Below are positions 26,880 through 32,303 of a stretch of DNA of 32,303 nucleotides, in pieces. Both the position numbers and the translations under genes were made by a program. The notes beneath the pieces are model-generated. The model searched no databases. It worked only from the letters and a program-made list of their open reading frames with translations, and was not told the DNA's origin. Origin of the DNA: a virus (taxonomy: Duplodnaviria; Caudoviricetes); the IMG/VR virus record IMGVR_UViG_3300027985_000710, positions 1 to 32,303 of that record, one strand, 5' to 3'. How positions within the stretch are numbered: position 1 is the stretch's first letter; each line of letters opens with the position of its first letter.

Positions 26880-27563
26880 ATGACCCGTCCCGTAACCCTG
26901 GCGGCCCTCCGGGACGGTGCCCGTCTCCGGGCGGACATGGAGTCCTCCTCCTTCGTCACTGATGCGGAGGTGGAGGGCTACGTGCAAGCGTCCGCCACAT
27001 GGCTCTATGACCTCATCCTCTCAGCCTGGGGGGAGCGTTACTTCTTCTTCCAGGACGATGTGACAACCACCGTAGGAAAGTCCTACGCCAACCTCCCGGA
27101 TGACTTCTACCGCCTTTTGAAGGTGGGATGGGTCTCCGGTACAGCCACGGACCCCATCCGTCTGGAGCCCTACCAGGACGATGAGGAATGGTCCGACTAC
27201 TGGGGAGTCACAGGCGGAGTCTGGAGCCGTAACAGTCCCCCCAGGTACCAGCTCCGGGGCAATCGCCTCTACCTGGACCCTGACCCCACCAGTGTGGAGA
27301 CGCTCACGGTCCAATACGTCCCGATCATGCCGGAGATTGACGACACCGGCCCCCCTCCGGTGGCCTTTGAAGGTGTCAACGGGTGGGACGAATTCATTAT
27401 CATTGATGTTGCGATCAAGCTTCGCATCAAAGAGGAGTCCGACGTCCGAGACCTCCAAACTGAACGCCAGCTCCAGATGCAACGCATCGAGCAAATGGCC
27501 CCCCGTCGTGATGTCGGACGAACCCACAAGGTTCAGCGTCGACGGGCAAGGAGGCTCCGCTGA
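26880..27563 (+). CDS. Head-tail adaptor/connector protein (227 aa)
   Basis: TLAALRDGARLRAD start, LPDDF, PPRY, LDPDP motifs of podovirus adaptors; GAGGAGG RBS. Confidence 0.75.
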   Translation: MTRPVTLAALRDGARLRADMESSSFVTDAEVEGYVQASATWLYDLILSAWGERYFFFQDDVTTTVGKSYANLPDDFYRLLKVGWVSGTATDPIRLEPYQDDEEWSDYWGVTGGVWSRNSPPRYQLRGNRLYLDPDPTSVETLTVQYVPIMPEIDDTGPPPVAFEGVNGWDEFIIIDVAIKLRIKEESDVRDLQTERQLQMQRIEQMAPRRDVGRTHKVQRRRARRLR

Positions 27564-27889
27564 TGGCTGGTATTGTTGCCCCCATCCCGGCCTCCCTCTT
27601 GGCACATTTGGAGGATGCCAAGACCAACGCGGCAACCAAGGAGTTGGACAAGGTTGGTCAAGCACTTGCCAAGATTCCAATCTTGGACGGCCACCTCCAC
27701 ACGGTCACGCTCACGGCTTCGACTACCACCGTGCTCAACCACAAGCTGGGCCGTGAGCCTCGGGGGTGGATTGTGTGCGGAATCACAGGGGGCTCCCCGG
27801 CCTTCTATGAGTCCGCCTCAAACAAGCGCCAACTCACCTTTACCAACGTCTCCGGCTCGGACCTCACCGTCCGCCTGTGGGTGTTCTAA
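27563..27889 (+). CDS. Small tail-associated protein (108 aa)
   Basis: TGATG overlap; N-terminal helix plus small beta domain (NHKLGREP). Confidence 0.65.
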   Translation: MAGIVAPIPASLLAHLEDAKTNAATKELDKVGQALAKIPILDGHLHTVTLTASTTTVLNHKLGREPRGWIVCGITGGSPAFYESASNKRQLTFTNVSGSDLTVRLWVF

Positions 27890-27891
27890 CC

Positions 27892-29169
27892 ATGCCCCTA
27901 CGATGGCAGACAATTCCAGTTCCATTCGGCCAGGGCCTGGCCCAGGAGGCCGTGCCGAGCCTCGTGGCGCCGGGCAAGCTGGCCCAGGCGGACAATGCCC
28001 TCATCAACAAGATGGGCTCCATCGAGGTTCGCCCTGGCTTCCAGGCCATGCCCACGGATGTCTTCTACGAGCCCCTCAAGGGCACAGTGTCCCTCACAGC
28101 CATCCACCGATTGATCGGCCACCAGGGTGAAACTCTGCTGTCCGATGGCTACCGGTTCATGTCCTATTCGGAAGGTGAGGAGCAATGGAGGGACGTAGAC
28201 AACGCCTACGAAGCGACCATTGCGGACCGGATCCAAGGGGAGCGTGGCCGAAACAACCTTAATGCAGAGGGGGATTGTGCCTACGTCAACGGCTACTACC
28301 TACACACCTGGTACAACTCCACCGAGGGCAAGATCCACAGCCGTTTCGTGGACGCTGTCACCGGTGCACGTTTCCCAGATATGGCATGGGATGCGGACCA
28401 CCACTACCACCGGATCGTGGTCACCGGCACGACGGTGCATGTCTTCTACTACATTGACGCGACCACTTCGATCAAGGCCGTGACGTTCGACACCACCGAC
28501 TTGGAGGCCACCCCCACGGTCACCACGGTAGCGGGTGGAGCTGACCGGTCCGGGGTATTCGACGCTTGCGCCGATGAGCTGGCCGGGGTCTGGAAGGTGT
28601 ATCTGGCCTATGCCTACGGTGCCACGGAGATCCGGCTGGTGAAACTCACGGCTACTCTAGGGTTCACGGCCGCATCCACCGTGACGGCTGACCCCTACAG
28701 CAGCATCGGGATCACAGCCTCACAGGGTGGGTATATCTTCGTGGCGTACAACGCCACGGCAGGCGCCCTCACCGGGGTTTGCTACTTCTGTTACACGGAG
28801 GCCATGGCCCTGTCTGTGACTCCGACACAGATTGACCCTACAGGAGCCGTGAGGGCCGTCACCGTGGTGGATGTGGGGTCCCAGGCCCTCGTGGTCTACG
28901 AGACCCGAGACACCTCCTCAGGGACCGTTACTCCGGAGCTGAGGGCTCGATGGGTGGCTAGCTCTGGAGCCCTCGGGGATGGCAACCGAACCCACCGGAT
29001 CGGGATACTATCGCGTCCCATCATCCACGAGGGTCAGCCGTATGTGGTGGCCTACTACCACGAGCGGAGCCACACCCCTTGGACGAACCATGATTGTCCA
29101 GGCTATCCAAATCGGTATGCATACCTCTTGCACATTGCCACCGGGCCTTGTGAGGACGTGGTGTCATAA
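27892..29169 (+). CDS. Tail nozzle/tubular protein, N-terminal part (425 aa)
   Basis: FGQGL...ADNALINKMGSIEVRPG resembles nozzle N-termini, followed by beta-propeller-like repeats. Confidence 0.65.
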   Translation: MPLRWQTIPVPFGQGLAQEAVPSLVAPGKLAQADNALINKMGSIEVRPGFQAMPTDVFYEPLKGTVSLTAIHRLIGHQGETLLSDGYRFMSYSEGEEQWRDVDNAYEATIADRIQGERGRNNLNAEGDCAYVNGYYLHTWYNSTEGKIHSRFVDAVTGARFPDMAWDADHHYHRIVVTGTTVHVFYYIDATTSIKAVTFDTTDLEATPTVTTVAGGADRSGVFDACADELAGVWKVYLAYAYGATEIRLVKLTATLGFTAASTVTADPYSSIGITASQGGYIFVAYNATAGALTGVCYFCYTEAMALSVTPTQIDPTGAVRAVTVVDVGSQALVVYETRDTSSGTVTPELRARWVASSGALGDGNRTHRIGILSRPIIHEGQPYVVAYYHERSHTPWTNHDCPGYPNRYAYLLHIATGPCEDVVS

Positions 29170-31019
29170 TGGTAGCGTGGACCTGTGAGACCCAGTGCCG
29201 GGTGGTGTCGAGGCTGGCGACCTTCTACGTGGGGTACCCCAACGATCTGAGCTACCAAACGAGCAACCTCTCAGTGGCTGGAACGAACAAGCACGTGGTC
29301 TCCGTGCCGATCAAGTCCAGCACGGTGGATGAGATTGATGCCTACCCGTTCATTCCGATGGATGAGGGGTTTGACCTCTACGTGATGGAGTTCGCGAACG
29401 ACAAGACCCACCTCGCCACAGCCATCCAGGGCCAGGCCCTTCTGTCGGGGGGTGTCCCTGCCCTCTACGACGGACAACACCTATCCGAATACGGGTTCCA
29501 TTTCGGTCCCTTGATCAATGCCGGGGAGGCTGGGGTCACCGAGTCAACCCCGGCCCCCGGATTCCTCACCCCCTCCACAGCCTACCAGTGGGTTGCGATC
29601 TACACGTGGCTGGACTCCGCAGGAATGCGGCATCAGTCGTGGCTCTCCAACGTTGCCACGCTGACCACCAGCTCATCCGTAACAGGGATCACAGCCACGC
29701 TGACCGTGTGGAATCTCACCCTCACCGAGCATGAGGACACCCTGGACCCGTCCCAGCCGGTGATGATCGAATTGTACCGAAAGGGTGGGACCACGGACGG
29801 GTTCTTCCACTTGGACCAGGTGGTCACGAACGATCGGACTCAGCCCAACCAATACGTCGTATCCTCCATCTCGGATGCGGACATCCAGACCAAGGAGATC
29901 CTCTACACGGAGGGTGGAGTCCTGGAGGACACCACGGTCCCGGCATGCCGTCACATCGTAGCCAACGGGGACCGGGTCTGGGCAATCAGCGCCGATGACC
30001 CTGAGTTCGTTTGGCACACGAAGATCAACGGCCGTGACCAACGACTCCCAGGGTTCAATACGGACTTCGTTCAAAGGACTGAAATCGGCTCGGGTTGCAC
30101 GGCCCTCGCAAGCCTCGATGACAAATTGATTGTGTTCAAGGAGAGCAGGGTATTTGCCTACGTAGGCAATCCCCCGAACAATCAAGGACAGCCAGGCTCC
30201 CTCAATGGCCCGATCTTGATCTCGGTTGCCACTGGGTGCATCGACCCCCGAAGCGTCTGTAATTGCCCGGCCGGGGTTGTGTTCCAGGCCCGTGACAGCC
30301 TCTACGTGCTCTCAAGGGGCCTGGAGGTCCAGAAGATCGGCGGACCCGTAGAGGACACGCTAGCCCTATATCCAGTGGTCACCAGTGCAGTTCATGCCGA
30401 AGCCCTGGAGCTGGTCCTCTTCACGGTGAGCAACGCGGGAGGAACGGAAGGGGCAACCCTCGCCTGGCACTATCAGATCAATGAGTGGACCGTTTGGTAT
30501 ACCCAAGACAGCCGATCAACCGCGAAGTGGCCGGCCGTCACCGGGGCAATGTGCCACCGGGAGGGCGTCCCGCGCTACCACCAGGGCCAGGCGGACGGCC
30601 TGCCCCTGTGGATCGATCCGTCCTACTACCCTGACCACGACGGCACGGCCCGGACCTTCACGGCTACCACCCCTTGGTTCCAGTTTGCTCAGGTCCAAGG
30701 GTTCCAGAAGGTCCGGCGCGTGTCCTTCCTGGGCACCTATCAGAACGTCCACAGCCTTGATTTCAAGGTTTATTATGACTTCGACATAACCACTTACGAC
30801 ACCTTCACGCTGACCTCCACGGAGGTGGCTGCCCTCGTGAAGGGTAGTAGGGAGCAGATCGGAATCCACCTTGGCAAGAAGTGTGAGGCGATCCGCATCG
30901 AGGTCACGGCAACGAAGGACGGACTCGGCACGGGCCGACTGGTCAGGTGGGAATCGCTCCTCTTGGAGCTTGGCGGCAAGGGTGGATCGTTCCGCCTCCC
31001 AGTGGGGGCTAGGAGATAA
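29169..31019 (+). CDS. Tail nozzle/tubular protein, C-terminal part (616 aa)
   Basis: LDDKLIVFKES, GCIDPRSV and GFQKVRRV motifs typical of P22 gp10-like/nozzle proteins; TAATG overlap. Confidence 0.7.
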   Translation: MVAWTCETQCRVVSRLATFYVGYPNDLSYQTSNLSVAGTNKHVVSVPIKSSTVDEIDAYPFIPMDEGFDLYVMEFANDKTHLATAIQGQALLSGGVPALYDGQHLSEYGFHFGPLINAGEAGVTESTPAPGFLTPSTAYQWVAIYTWLDSAGMRHQSWLSNVATLTTSSSVTGITATLTVWNLTLTEHEDTLDPSQPVMIELYRKGGTTDGFFHLDQVVTNDRTQPNQYVVSSISDADIQTKEILYTEGGVLEDTTVPACRHIVANGDRVWAISADDPEFVWHTKINGRDQRLPGFNTDFVQRTEIGSGCTALASLDDKLIVFKESRVFAYVGNPPNNQGQPGSLNGPILISVATGCIDPRSVCNCPAGVVFQARDSLYVLSRGLEVQKIGGPVEDTLALYPVVTSAVHAEALELVLFTVSNAGGTEGATLAWHYQINEWTVWYTQDSRSTAKWPAVTGAMCHREGVPRYHQGQADGLPLWIDPSYYPDHDGTARTFTATTPWFQFAQVQGFQKVRRVSFLGTYQNVHSLDFKVYYDFDITTYDTFTLTSTEVAALVKGSREQIGIHLGKKCEAIRIEVTATKDGLGTGRLVRWESLLLELGGKGGSFRLPVGARR

Positions 31020-31021
31020 TC

Positions 31022-31933
31022 ATGGGACTCACTGATTGGGTATCAGGTGGCGGACAGTACGAAGAGGATCCAGTCCGTAGGGCACAGTACACACACGAGA
31101 GGGACAAGCGACGGGAATCCGTTGCTGGTGCTGCTGCTCTCGATGACCAGTCACGGGCCAATCAGGATCGCATGGCCCAGATTTACGGGGATCGCATCGA
31201 GGGCAAGTCCCCCTCCGTGGCTTACGAGCAGATGCAAGCTCAGAATGCTGAGAACAAGCAACAGCAGCTTGCGATGGCTCGTTCCGGAGGCGGAGGAGCC
31301 CTCGGACAAGCTGGTGCAATGCGGATGGCACAGCAGACAGCAGCCCAACAGGACGCGACCCTCAACCGCAACGCTGGACTTGTGAGAGTCCAAGAGCAGG
31401 CCAACGCTGAAGCTGGCTTGGCTGACCTGTATAACACCCAGAGAGCTGGAGACCAGGCCAGGATGGGTGCCTACATGGGATATGAGGGCCAGCACGACAC
31501 GGCTTACAACCAGGCCAAGGCTGCCGAAATGCAGAACTATGAGCAATACGCCGATCGGCGCCGTCAGGGCGCCGGTGGCCTCATGACCATGGGGGCATCG
31601 GCCCTGGCTGCCGGGGTCGGATTCAGTGACAAGACCGTGAAGGAAGACATTCGACCCACGTCCGACGATGACCTGGAGGACTTCCTGGAGGCGGCCAAGA
31701 CCTACTGGTACCGCTACAAGGAAGGCTCCGTAGCCGATGACGGTGGACGCCTCCACATCGGCCCAATGGCCCAGGATTTGGCGAAGTCCAAGGTGGGTCA
31801 GACCATGGTGGAGGAGACCCCCTCCGGCAAGCTCGGGGTGGACATTGACGGGGCCTACGGTGCCTTCCTGGCCGGCCTTGGTCAGGTATCTGAGAGGCTC
31901 GATGCCCTTGAGGGCAAGAAGGGACGCAAGTGA
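31022..31933 (+). CDS. Ejection/pilot-like protein with C-terminal peptidase S74 autocleaving chaperone domain
   Basis: Gln/Ala-rich helical N-terminus, then F-SDKTVKEDI...YRYK...GPMAQDL and a coiled-coil end. Confidence 0.8.
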   Translation: MGLTDWVSGGGQYEEDPVRRAQYTHERDKRRESVAGAAALDDQSRANQDRMAQIYGDRIEGKSPSVAYEQMQAQNAENKQQQLAMARSGGGGALGQAGAMRMAQQTAAQQDATLNRNAGLVRVQEQANAEAGLADLYNTQRAGDQARMGAYMGYEGQHDTAYNQAKAAEMQNYEQYADRRRQGAGGLMTMGASALAAGVGFSDKTVKEDIRPTSDDDLEDFLEAAKTYWYRYKEGSVADDGGRLHIGPMAQDLAKSKVGQTMVEETPSGKLGVDIDGAYGAFLAGLGQVSERLDALEGKKGRK

Positions 31934-32303
31934 TGGCATCCCCCGTTTGGTCACGGCCCACGGACTCCGGCGCCTACGAGTTCGGATTCGATGATGGCAC
32001 CACGACCCTTCTGCCGCCCACCCCCGCTGTGAAGGAGAAGGATGCGGCCCTCCCCAATGGGCCGGACACTTCGGCGCTTGCCGGGGCCGTGGAGGGCTCG
32101 GACCCCATGGCCGGGGCAACGGCCCAGAACGATGCATCGAACCCCGAGGGGCTCTATTACGATGACCCCACTATCTTCGATGCCCCTCCGGTGGCATCCC
32201 GGCCCACTGAGCCAAAGAGGGAGACGGATGCCGAAGCCTACGCACGCCTCAATGGTGCATCGGATGGATCCAGTGCCCCTAGCGGTGCTGGTGGGATGAG
32301 TGG
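31933..32303 (+). CDS. Internal virion/ejection protein, 5' part (continues to 1633)
   Basis: TGATG overlap; MASPVWSRPTDSGAYEFGFDDG... is in frame with the ORF listed at 32. Confidence 0.8.
   Translation, partial: MASPVWSRPTDSGAYEFGFDDGTTTLLPPTPAVKEKDAALPNGPDTSALAGAVEGSDPMAGATAQNDASNPEGLYYDDPTIFDAPPVASRPTEPKRETDAEAYARLNGASDGSSAPSGAGGMS
32160..32303. repeat. Terminal direct repeat (assembly overlap), copy 2
   Basis: Identical to 1-144. Confidence 0.97.

Larger units (their letters stand above)
1..32159. mobile_element. Complete temperate podovirus-like bacteriophage genome (circular/excised form)
   Basis: Terminase-portal-scaffold-capsid-adaptor-nozzle-ejection gene order, no tape measure, lysis genes, serine integrase, circular overlap. 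Confidence 0.93.

Noticed and set aside
680-32137. Many long opposite-strand ORFs (for example 680-1540, 23562-24494, 31151-32137)
   Set aside because: They are shadow frames of GC-rich genes that fully overlap better-supported CDSs.
1-32159. Genome-wide TAG reassignment (code 15)
   Set aside because: Long genes have no internal TAG, genes after TAG begin with their own ATG, and coding density is already high under code 11.
32160-32303. 144-bp terminal repeat as a biological terminal repeat or att duplication
   Set aside because: It falls in the middle of a virion gene whose frame continues across it, as expected for a circular assembly overlap.

Overview
The window appears to be a complete circularly permuted genome of a GC-rich, temperate, short-tailed (podovirus-type) dsDNA phage. 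Bases 32160-32303 repeat bases 1-144 exactly, so the unit length is 32,159 bp and one virion gene crosses the join. The + strand runs from about 17.6 kb round through the origin to 9.75 kb and carries: RHH regulator, probable small terminase, GNAT, accessory genes, large terminase, portal, scaffold, major capsid, adaptor, a two-part nozzle, ejection proteins, a lectin-rich receptor-binding protein and a lysis cassette with a CHAP-like endolysin. The - strand (16.7 to 9.7 kb) carries two paralogous RHH regulators, a DnaB helicase, a degenerate DnaC-like loader, a large serine integrase with a candidate attP just upstream, and a Cys-rich lipoprotein. I found no tape measure, DNA polymerase, primase, initiator or CI-type repressor. 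The most notable unannotated structures are: (1) a 141-nt tRNA-like cloverleaf with a ~73-nt extra arm and repeated CUCAC motifs at the head of the packaging operon; (2) a 28-bp perfect inverted repeat with a second hairpin beside it, between the duplicated RHH genes; (3) a DUF2829/Tad2-like domain joined to a portal-like segment, in a chain of in-frame TAG-ATG genes ending in the terminase. All functional calls come from motifs and gene order read by eye; no database search was run.
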